From an uncultured Oscillospiraceae bacterium (GTDB lineage: Bacteria > Bacillota > Clostridia > Oscillospirales > Oscillospiraceae), in NCBI GenBank assembly GCA_904419145.1, contig CAJFQQ010000007.1:481-64480 (forward strand): a stretch of 64,000 nt of DNA, written 5' to 3'. The translations under genes were made by a program, and so were the position numbers. Shown here one piece after another: positions 53,912 through 61,747 of the stretch; position 1 is the first letter of the stretch, and each line of letters begins with the position of its first letter. The notes under the pieces are model-generated. The model saw only the letters and a program-made list of their open reading frames with translations, made no database searches and was not told where the DNA came from.

Positions 53912-55379
53912 GAGATGGATAAAAAAATGGATATCGCTTGCTGCTGCGGTGTGTTTGCTGTTCGCAGCGGCGCTTGATGTCCAAGCGGGGGAGACTGTCC
54001 CGGTGATGGAACAGTATGTGACCGCTGATGCGGTGCACTTGTATCTCAAATATGCCGGAGATGTGCAGGGCGTCGCTGCACAAATCGGCACAGAGGCGGC
54101 GGAACAGATTGAGATCGCAGATAGGGAGTCGATACCTATTGTTACCTGGCTGCTATTGGACAATTCCATCTCCATCAGCGATGCTGACCGGACCAAAGCG
54201 AAAGAACTGCTGACGAATCTGGTGGCCGGCAGGCTGGACAACGAGAGCTTCAACCTGTGTACATATGATGAGCATTTGAATGTTATTCTGCAGGACAGCC
54301 AGAGCTATGCCGACTTGAAGAGCCAGATTGACGCCATTGTCCATAATGATCAGGAGAGCTATCTGACAGATGTGCTGGATGAGCTGCTGGAGGCGGAGAG
54401 CGCTCGGACGGAGCCGGCGTACGTACGGGTTGTCGTAATCTGTGACGGTGTAGACAATAATCCGGAAGGCCTGACACGGGAGGAGCTGAATGACCGCCTC
54501 GCCAGGCAGAAGATCCCGGTTTATACGCTGGGCTGCGAAACTGGCGAAAATGAGACGCTGCTCAAAGAGCTGTATTCCCTTTCCCGTCAGACCGGCGCCT
54601 TAAGCTGGTCCCTCAGCGGCCTGACGGAGACCTTGGACGTGGTCAAGGCGATGAGCGGAGAGGAAGTCCCCATCTGTGCCACGGTTTCCATCCCAGAGGA
54701 CCTGAGGGATGGAAGCGTAAAGGGCATTCAGTTGACCTTCAGTGATGGCAGCATTGCAGAGACCCAGGCCGCAATGCCCTTTGGCCAGGTAGAAGAAGGG
54801 CAGGCCCATGTTCCAGTCCCGGCGCCGACAACCGAACCGGAAGCCGAGGCGGGATCATTGCTGGTGCAGTATTTGCCCTATATGATCGCTGGTGGAGCGG
54901 TGTTGCTGCTGGCGGGAATTGTTGTTGTCGTGATCCTTTTAGCCCGCAAGAAAAGGGAGCGCCAGCAGATCAAGCCGGTGTCAGACGACCTGCTTTCTTT
55001 TGCAGGGACCACAGATCTTCTCCCTGAACAGTATGGGAATGCTGGTGCCGGCGGTACACTGCCGCTGGTTGGAGATGAGAGGTGTACCGTGCTCTGCATC
55101 TCCGATATATCGCATCCGGAAAGGCGCTTTGAGGTGCCGCTGCGCGGCAGGGTTTCCATCGGCAGGGCGCCGTCGAATCAGATTGTCCTGGACTACGAGC
55201 GATCCATATCAGGGACACACTGCGAGATTTTTGCTGAGGGCAGCAACTGGAAGATCCGTGATCTCCATTCCAGCAATGGGACCTATCTCAACGGCATCCG
55301 CCTCACAGATGCGGCAGAACTTACCAGCGGAAGTGTTCTCAAGTTGGGGCGGCTGGAGCTGCTGGTTGAAATACGATGA
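53895..55379 (+). CDS. signal peptide - vWA - TM - FHA transmembrane protein
   Basis: 494 aa from ATG 53895. Signal-like WISLAAAVCLLFAAALDVQAGE. vWA MIDAS LLLDNSISIS. TM segment MIAGGAVLLLAGIVVVVILLA. The C-terminal FHA is canonical (IGRAPSN, SGTHCEI, SSNGTYLNG). Confidence 0.8.
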   Translation: MSAGAERWIKKWISLAAAVCLLFAAALDVQAGETVPVMEQYVTADAVHLYLKYAGDVQGVAAQIGTEAAEQIEIADRESIPIVTWLLLDNSISISDADRTKAKELLTNLVAGRLDNESFNLCTYDEHLNVILQDSQSYADLKSQIDAIVHNDQESYLTDVLDELLEAESARTEPAYVRVVVICDGVDNNPEGLTREELNDRLARQKIPVYTLGCETGENETLLKELYSLSRQTGALSWSLSGLTETLDVVKAMSGEEVPICATVSIPEDLRDGSVKGIQLTFSDGSIAETQAAMPFGQVEEGQAHVPVPAPTTEPEAEAGSLLVQYLPYMIAGGAVLLLAGIVVVVILLARKKRERQQIKPVSDDLLSFAGTTDLLPEQYGNAGAGGTLPLVGDERCTVLCISDISHPERRFEVPLRGRVSIGRAPSNQIVLDYERSISGTHCEIFAEGSNWKIRDLHSSNGTYLNGIRLTDAAELTSGSVLKLGRLELLVEIR

Positions 55380-56101
55380 AGATGAGCTATGCCGGCTGTT
55401 CACAGCGGGGACTGGTGCGCAGCACCAATGAGGACGTCTATTTGATGCGTTCAAGCGGCCATGCTGCGCTGTTCCTTGTTGCGGACGGCATTGGCGGAAG
55501 GGCCCACGGCGGAGTGGTCAGTGCCATGCTCCGGGATGGATATGACGCGTGGTTTCGGCGGCATATCCTGCTTCCGGGTGAAAATTTGGATTTCCAGGCC
55601 GCAGTTGACGGGCTCCGGGGCGTTCTGCTAGAGCAAAACAAAGAGGTTATCCGGCGCTTTGGGCCGGGGACGGCGGGATCTACCATAGTGCTTCTCTTTA
55701 TCCTGGGAAACCGTTACCTGTACTTTTGGTCCGGCGACAGCCGGATTTACCGGGGACACCGGCTGTCTGTCAAACAGATTACCATAGATGACGTCTATGA
55801 AAATTGGACGGACCGCCCCGCTAAATGGGAGCCTTCAAAGGTTGGAAAGCTGGTAGGGGCGGTGGGAATTTGCCCGGTGCCCAAGTTTACACTGGGAACC
55901 GGGGCACTGTGCCGTGGGGATCGCTTTTTCCTCTGTAGCGACGGGGTCTATCGGTATCTATCAGATCGGGATTTGCGGATGCGGCTGCGGTTCAGTCCGA
56001 AGGATCCGGGCCATTTGATTGCCGATCTTGCCGGAAGGGTGGAAGGCCACGGGGCTGGGGACAACTATTCTATGATTTTTGCACGGGTTGACAGCGTATG
56101 A
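55376..56101 (+). CDS. PP2C-family Ser/Thr protein phosphatase
   Basis: 241 aa. ATGA overlap with the vWA-FHA gene. RSTNEDV, VADGIGG, CSDGV and GDNYS motifs. Confidence 0.85.
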   Translation: MKMSYAGCSQRGLVRSTNEDVYLMRSSGHAALFLVADGIGGRAHGGVVSAMLRDGYDAWFRRHILLPGENLDFQAAVDGLRGVLLEQNKEVIRRFGPGTAGSTIVLLFILGNRYLYFWSGDSRIYRGHRLSVKQITIDDVYENWTDRPAKWEPSKVGKLVGAVGICPVPKFTLGTGALCRGDRFFLCSDGVYRYLSDRDLRMRLRFSPKDPGHLIADLAGRVEGHGAGDNYSMIFARVDSV

Positions 56102-56413
56102 GGACAGAGTGAGGACGGTCTCCAAAGAGTTTCATCGGATACAGAAAACTCTCCGGAAAAGCCGCGCGGAATATCCTCCCGAGAAGCCGGAAGGGCGTTT
56201 GTGTGCCTTTTTATCCCCCTTTAACCTCCTTATATGCCGCAGAGATTGCCCTGTATGGCACCCTGCGGCATATTCGCGTTCCCGAAGCGATTGCGCGGGA
56301 CGGCTGGCAGGGGACAAAAGGCAGAAACCAGCTTTTGCATTTCAGAGCGTTTTCTGGTACAGTGGGATTAGGGTCACACAAGGGAAACGGAATAAGGAGG
56401 GCGAGTATAGTAT

Positions 56414-57322
56414 ATGAACGCTCACATAGATTTGGCCCAATCAGAGGCGTTACGGCTCCGCTGGATTTCTGTGCAGTGTTATGAAATGGTGCTACCCAAT
56501 GGAAAGGTGATTGTTACAGACCCATTTTATTGGGATGGGAGCAATTACGATGCCCTGCCTTCACTGAACAGGCAGCAGGAGGCGGAACGAAAAGTCTACG
56601 CCCAGACAGGCTTTTCGGTAGAGTCCTTTACCGGCGCGGATTATATTTTAATCAGCCACGCCCACGGCGACCACACCAATCTGACAGGTAAACTGTGGAA
56701 TCGGTTTTATGGCCGTGTCCTGGTGCCGGCGGGAGCGGCGGAGGAGATTGCCCGGGTATACAATATTCCTTATGGAGCTGTGATGCCGCTCTATCCAGGC
56801 AACACCTATTATCTTGATGATTTCACCTTGACCGTATACCCCGGAGCCCACGATAATCGTGCATTTCGGGAGGGGCGCTTCCTGCGGCCGGACCGTTCAG
56901 AAAACCAGAATATGGGCAGCGACGCATTTGGAATTCCAAGCCCGAACCGTCTGGCTGGCCTGGGGTATATGTTCTGCTTTAACTTTTTGATTGAAACTCA
57001 ACAGAACTACCGCATTGATTTTTCAGCTGGGCGGGATTTTCCGGATCATGTGCGCCATGTAGCAGACAAGAGCCCCAATCTGATGCTTCGCCACCGGATT
57101 CGAACCTATACTCCCGAGGAATACGCACGGCAGATGGAGGCAATGGGGGCACAGCTGATGATGCCGCTGCACCACAACAATGCCCGGGCCTCAGATGAGG
57201 ATTTGGACGAATATTTCCAGAGGGTCAACCAAGTTCTGCAGGCAGACAAATATCCTGGGGTGGCATTTAACCCGAGACCCTACCAGTGGTACCGTATCTA
57301 TACCGGGATCTCGGGGATTTAA
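56414..57322 (+). CDS. MBL-fold metallo-hydrolase
   Basis: 302 aa with the ISHAHGDHTN (HxHxDH) motif. Confidence 0.8.
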   Translation: MNAHIDLAQSEALRLRWISVQCYEMVLPNGKVIVTDPFYWDGSNYDALPSLNRQQEAERKVYAQTGFSVESFTGADYILISHAHGDHTNLTGKLWNRFYGRVLVPAGAAEEIARVYNIPYGAVMPLYPGNTYYLDDFTLTVYPGAHDNRAFREGRFLRPDRSENQNMGSDAFGIPSPNRLAGLGYMFCFNFLIETQQNYRIDFSAGRDFPDHVRHVADKSPNLMLRHRIRTYTPEEYARQMEAMGAQLMMPLHHNNARASDEDLDEYFQRVNQVLQADKYPGVAFNPRPYQWYRIYTGISGI

Positions 57323-57518
57323 GAGACGCTATAGAAAAGTCCGACTCCGGCTTTTTCAGATCAGAGGCTTTTGTACCCGATCCTTCCTGATAAGGAGGGC
57401 TGCCTCTTTTGGCAGGGCGATGGATACAGGTTCACCTTGGAGGGGGTATGCCGCAGCTTCCGGGTGAAAACATATTTTCCGGCCTCCTAACGTGGAACTG
57501 CACAGGTGTGGCGGATGC

Positions 57519-57547
57519 TCATATTCTGGACAGGCCGGACATAGAGA
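57519..57547 (+). promoter_or_regulatory. possible sigma-E-type (mother-cell) promoter for spoIID
   Basis: TCATATT-N14-CATAGAGA resembles the Bacillus sigma-E pattern ATA-N16-CATACA-T. It lies about 35 nt upstream of the spoIID start. Confidence 0.3.
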
Positions 57548-57581
57548 TAGTTTGACCCCCTTTTAGAAAGAAGGTGCCCCC

Positions 57582-58598
57582 TTGCGAAAGAGCCTCATGG
57601 TCGCCGCCGTGCTGATCTTCCTGCTGTTTTTCCTGCCCTGGCTGTGGGGCGAGGAGATCCAGCGGGCGGAGACAGAGGAACCGGATGGCGGAAGCACAGC
57701 TTTGCCGGAGACGGAGGAGGTCCCTGCCACGGTCTACGACAGCGCCCGGACCCTCCGGGTCAAAATTGGGGACACCGTCCAGGAGATGGATCTGGAGACC
57801 TATCTCCGGGGGGTGGTACGGGCGGAGATGCCCGCCTCCTTTGAACTGGAGGCCCTGAAGGCCCAGGCCATTGCCGCCCGGACCTACACCTACTATAAGA
57901 TGGAAAACGGCCCCAGCGCCAACCACCCCGACGCCGATGCCTGCGACGACATCACCTGCTGCCAGGCCTACAAGAGCGAGGCGGATGCAGCGGTGGACTG
58001 GGGCATGTCCACCGCGGTATATGAGAACAAGATCCGCCGGGCGGTGGCGGAGACCGACGGTGAGGTGGTCCTCTATGAGGGCGCGCCGGTGCTGGCGGTG
58101 TTCCACTCCTCCTCCGCCGGGGCCACCCAGAACGTGGAGGACGTGTGGCAGAGCAGCCTCCCCTATCTCCAGAGTGTGGACTCCCCGGAGGGGGCGGATG
58201 CGGTGCCCAACTACCACAGCAAGGTCTCCTTCACCCTCACGGACTTCAAGGAGCGCTTTATCGCCCAGTATCCCACGGCCAACCTCTCCGGCAGCCCCTC
58301 CAACTGGTTTACCAATATCCAGCAGACGGAGACCGGGGCGGTGCTGTCCCTGGAGGTGGGGGGCGTGTCGGTCAGCGGGACACAGCTGCGCACCCTGCTG
58401 GGTCTGCGCAGTACCACCTTCACCATCGATTTCACCGACACGGAGGTCATCTTCTCTGTCACCGGCTACGGCCACGGCGTCGGCATGAGCCAGTACGGGG
58501 CCAACGTCCTGGCGGAGGAAGGGGCTACCTGTCAGGAGATTCTGGAGCATTACTACACCGGCGCCACTGTGGAGCTCTATCAGGATGACGGGGCATAA
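57582..58598 (+). CDS. spoIID: stage II sporulation protein D (SpoIID/LytB lytic transglycosylase family)
   Basis: 338 aa with a TTG start (alternative ATG at 57597). N-terminal TM/signal. LKAQAIAARTY, FHSSSAGAT and GHGVGMSQYGA motifs. Confidence 0.85.
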   Translation: MRKSLMVAAVLIFLLFFLPWLWGEEIQRAETEEPDGGSTALPETEEVPATVYDSARTLRVKIGDTVQEMDLETYLRGVVRAEMPASFELEALKAQAIAARTYTYYKMENGPSANHPDADACDDITCCQAYKSEADAAVDWGMSTAVYENKIRRAVAETDGEVVLYEGAPVLAVFHSSSAGATQNVEDVWQSSLPYLQSVDSPEGADAVPNYHSKVSFTLTDFKERFIAQYPTANLSGSPSNWFTNIQQTETGAVLSLEVGGVSVSGTQLRTLLGLRSTTFTIDFTDTEVIFSVTGYGHGVGMSQYGANVLAEEGATCQEILEHYYTGATVELYQDDGA

Positions 58599-58606
58599 AC
58601 AAAAAA

Positions 58607-58642
58607 CAGGGAGGGGTGCGCAAAAAGGCGCACCCCTCCCTG
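58607..58642. terminator. bidirectional terminator between convergent genes
   Basis: CAGGGAGGGGTGCGC-AAAAAG-GCGCACCCCTCCCTG with an A-run 5' of the stem. Confidence 0.7.
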
Positions 58643-58705
58643 TTAATAGCATCCCTGGGAAGGCATGGGATGAAAAAATGCCCAACTTGGAAAACGGAGA
58701 GATTT

Positions 58706-59827
58706 TTATTTCACTTCCACCAAAGTGTATTCCTGGCTTCCCAGCCCCAGGGCCTCCGCGTGCTCCACACAGGAGCGCCAGTTGGTCTCGGGGTGGTTGA
58801 CATGGAAGTGGTCGCCGGGGGTATGCTCAGCCTCCATGTGCTCCGCCAGGACGCTGCCGGTGTAGACGGGCATCCGGTTCACCGCATCGGCGCAGGCCAC
58901 GTCCAGGGCCACCGGGTCATAGGAGGCGAACATGCCTACATTGGGGACGATGGGCACGTCGTTCTCCCCGTGGCAGTCGCAGTTGGGGGAGACGTCCATG
59001 ACGAGATTGATGTGGAAGTTAGGCCGACCGGCAATGACCGCCTTGGTGTACTCGGCGATCTTGCAGTTTAAGATGTCGTTGCTCTCGTCCTGGGCGGGCT
59101 GGATGGCGTCCCTGGGGCAGATGCCGATGCACCGTCCGCAGCCCACGCACTTGTCGTGGTCGATGGTGATGCGCCGGTCCTCCCCCATCACCGGGGCGCC
59201 GTGGGCGCAGATGCGCTGGCAGGCGCCGCAGCCGATGCACGCCTCCTGGTCGCACCAGGGCTTGCCGGCGGAGTGCATCTCCATCTTCCCGGCCCGGGAG
59301 CCGCAGCCCATGCCCAGGTTCTTCAGCGCCCCGCCGAAGCCCGTGCACTCGTGGCCCTTGAAGTGGTTCAGGGAGATGACGATGTCCGCGTCCATCACCG
59401 CCCGGCCGATCTTGGCCTCCTTGACATAGGTGCCGCCCTCCACGGGCACATAGACCTCGTCCGTGCCCTTGAGCCCGTCGGCGATGATCAGGTGGCAGCC
59501 CACGGTAAAGGGGTTAAAGCCGTTGGTGTAGGCGCTCTCCAGGTGCTCCAGGGCGTGCTTGCGGCCGCCCACGTAGAGGGTGTTGCAGTCGGTGAGGAAA
59601 GGACGGCCGCCCCGCTCCTTCACAAAGTCCACCACCACCTTGGCGTAGTTGGGCCGCAGGTAGGAAAGGTTCCCCGGCTCGCCGAAGTGGATCTTGATGG
59701 CAACGAACTTATCCTGGAAGTCGATGTTCCCCATGCCCGCCTGTTCCATCAGGCGGCGGAGCTTTTGCAGCAGATTGTCTCCCGGCTTTGCCCGGAGGTT
59801 GGTAAAATAGACAGTAGATGGAGCCAT
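58706..59827 (-). CDS. DUF362 domain protein with 4Fe-4S ferredoxin insert
   Basis: 373 aa. VAIKIHFGE...LTDCNTLY (DUF362), plus CIGCGACQRIC and CVGCGRCIGICP. Confidence 0.8.
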   Translation of the reverse strand: MAPSTVYFTNLRAKPGDNLLQKLRRLMEQAGMGNIDFQDKFVAIKIHFGEPGNLSYLRPNYAKVVVDFVKERGGRPFLTDCNTLYVGGRKHALEHLESAYTNGFNPFTVGCHLIIADGLKGTDEVYVPVEGGTYVKEAKIGRAVMDADIVISLNHFKGHECTGFGGALKNLGMGCGSRAGKMEMHSAGKPWCDQEACIGCGACQRICAHGAPVMGEDRRITIDHDKCVGCGRCIGICPRDAIQPAQDESNDILNCKIAEYTKAVIAGRPNFHINLVMDVSPNCDCHGENDVPIVPNVGMFASYDPVALDVACADAVNRMPVYTGSVLAEHMEAEHTPGDHFHVNHPETNWRSCVEHAEALGLGSQEYTLVEVK

Positions 59828-59896
59828 AGTGACAGATTCCTTTCCTTCTCAAAATTTCTCGGGGCTGATTATATCACAATCTTTCCCAAATGCAAA

Positions 59897-59948
59897 GAAA
59901 ATCATCAAAGAACCCGGCAGGGGGGAACCATATCCCTGCCGGGTTCTT
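59897..59948 (-). terminator. intrinsic terminator after queT
   Basis: 15-bp stem AAGAACCCGGCAGGG / CCCTGCCGGGTTCTT. On the minus strand it is followed by TTTGATGATTTTC. Confidence 0.65.
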
Positions 59949-59996
59949 GCCTTTATACAAGGGGATCGGGGGCAAAAAAACTTATATGGGCCACTG

Positions 59997-60488
59997 TTAC
60001 CGGGCACCCAGCACGCTGCTCCGGCGGCGCAGGGCCTCATAGAGGACGGTGCCCAGCCCCCCAACAGAGATTACCTCACCGGCACCCACAGTGAGCATCA
60101 TGTACCAGATGGCATCGGGCATCCCGTAGCCATACCGCAGCACCCAGGGGACGATAATGACGTTGGCCAGGATGGGGGGCAGGATCGCCAGCCGGGGATG
60201 GCGGCGGAGGAGCCAGGTGCCGACGGCGCCGGCCAGGGTGGCCACCGGCCCCAGGACAATGTCCATCACCACGGCGCCGGTGAGGGCGTTGGCCAGCAGG
60301 CAGCCCACCGCGAGCCCCGGGATCGCCGCAGGCAGGAAGATGGGCAGGATGCACAGCGCCTCGCTCAGGCGCACCTGGATGACGCCGGAGGAGAGCCCCA
60401 GCAGGGAGGCCAGATACGTCAGCACCACGTACAGCGCGGCGATGACGGCGCCCTGGGTCAGGGCGCGGGTCGTGTTCTTTTGATGCAT
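59997..60488 (-). CDS. queT: queuosine-precursor transporter QueT
   Basis: 163 aa from ATG 60488 (AAGGAG SD at 60505-60500). GAVIAALYVVLTY...RLSEAL..LP and a polytopic profile typical of QueT. Confidence 0.8.
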   Translation of the reverse strand: MHQKNTTRALTQGAVIAALYVVLTYLASLLGLSSGVIQVRLSEALCILPIFLPAAIPGLAVGCLLANALTGAVVMDIVLGPVATLAGAVGTWLLRRHPRLAILPPILANVIIVPWVLRYGYGMPDAIWYMMLTVGAGEVISVGGLGTVLYEALRRRSSVLGAR

Positions 60489-60499
60489 TTGTTGTTCCA

Positions 60500-60567
60500 C
60501 TCCTTAGTTTTGTTTTTTCCCCGCAGAAGCTGCGGTTCGGTGAGGATGGTTCCGAACTCACCGCAGG
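60500..60567 (-). promoter_or_regulatory. structured queT leader; candidate preQ1-responsive riboswitch (class unresolved)
   Basis: RNA: CCUGCGGUGAGUUCGGAACCAUCCUCACCGAACCGCAGCUUCUGCGGGGAAAAAACAAAACUAAGGAG. CUGCGG/CCGCAG/CUGCGG give mutually exclusive helices. An A-rich tail runs into the SD, as in preQ1-I expression platforms. Confidence 0.35.
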
Positions 60568-60847
60568 CCATCATACCAGAAAAAGCCCCATAAATCAAGA
60601 GGATCCAGGTGAGGTCCCTTTTCAAGATATGTAGTGATGAGCCAAGCTCCGTCGGTTTCACCCAATAGCGGACTTGCCTGGAGAGTAGCTGTGCTGGATG
60701 GCTTACCGCACCTTGCCAAAGACACTTTCATATTCTAAAATGATTATTGAAATACCAGTCTATGCTCCGTAGATATTCAAAACTCTACGCTCCGTGTGTG
60801 GCAATTAAGTTTCTGATTCTCTACAATGCAAGCAGAAAGGAGAATAC

Positions 60848-61456
60848 ATGATGGATCAAATCCGAATCGGCAGATTTATAGCCGAATCAAGAAAATCAAG
60901 GAACCTTACTCAAAGGCAGCTTGCCGACGCACTTTCTATTAGCGACAAAACAATTTCCAAATGGGAGTGTGGAAAAGGGCTTCCCGAAGTTTCGCTCATG
61001 CTACCATTGTGTGCGGCATTAGACATTACTGTCAATGATCTGCTTTCGGGTGAAAAGGTTTCCTCAACTGATTATCAAAAGAAAGCGGAGGGAAACATGA
61101 TGAACTTGATGAAGGAAAACGAAGAAAATAGGAAAAGAATGGCGTTGTGCATCATTACCGTCGCAATCACGGCCATCGCTGTATGCGCCCTGATAGTGAT
61201 AGCATCCTATATTGACCTGCCTACGGTGGTACGAATCATATTGATTGTGGGTGCTGTTTTAGTGGCGGTAGCGGGCATAGCAGCGGGCGCAATGCTTGAC
61301 ATTAAGGCTGGCTATTTTGAGTGTCCTCATTGTAAAGAACTTTTTGTTCCGAGCATGAATGAGTATGTAAAAAGCTATCATACTTTTACAAAACGCAGAT
61401 TGACCTGTCCCAAATGCGGTAAAACAGGAATGTGCAAACATCGTGTCACAAGATAA
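60848..61456 (+). CDS. XRE-family HTH regulator with TM segments and C-terminal zinc ribbon
   Basis: 202 aa. HTH LTQRQLADALSISDKTISKWECGKG, two TM segments, CPHC...CPKCG. The gene is markedly AT-richer than its neighbours. Confidence 0.85.
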   Translation: MMDQIRIGRFIAESRKSRNLTQRQLADALSISDKTISKWECGKGLPEVSLMLPLCAALDITVNDLLSGEKVSSTDYQKKAEGNMMNLMKENEENRKRMALCIITVAITAIAVCALIVIASYIDLPTVVRIILIVGAVLVAVAGIAAGAMLDIKAGYFECPHCKELFVPSMNEYVKSYHTFTKRRLTCPKCGKTGMCKHRVTR

Positions 61457-61538
61457 ATATTACTTCTAACGATAGTAAAGTTAGCCAATTGTCAAAGCAG
61501 ATTACATACGAGCTATGCTGAGTAGCCATCAAAAGGAC

Positions 61539-61580
61539 AAGGCTCCCTCTCTTATAACGATAGAGGGAGCCTTGCTTTTG
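61539..61580. terminator. terminator hairpin after the XRE gene
   Basis: AAGGCTCCCTCT-loop-AGAGGGAGCCTT followed by GCTTTTG. Confidence 0.65.
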
Positions 61581-61747
61581 TCCATATTCACCAAGTGATT
61601 TCAATTTCCCTTGAAATCACTACTTTCCTTAAAAAGGGAGCAGGCGAGGGCGCCATTCCCCCTATGAATTCATTCTCCCGCGCCATGTCTGCACGCAGGG
61701 GGCAGGAAAGATCGAACCAAGGGCAGAGTGCCCTTGGTTCGAAGATT

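Noticed and set aside
56232-56273. 11-bp hairpin ATATGCCGCAG...CTGCGGCATAT about 130 nt after the PP2C stop, considered as the terminator of the secretion unit.
   Set aside because: There is no U-tract after the stem (TTCGCGTTCCC follows), and it is distant from the stop codon. It may still mark a transcript end, but I cannot support an intrinsic-terminator call.
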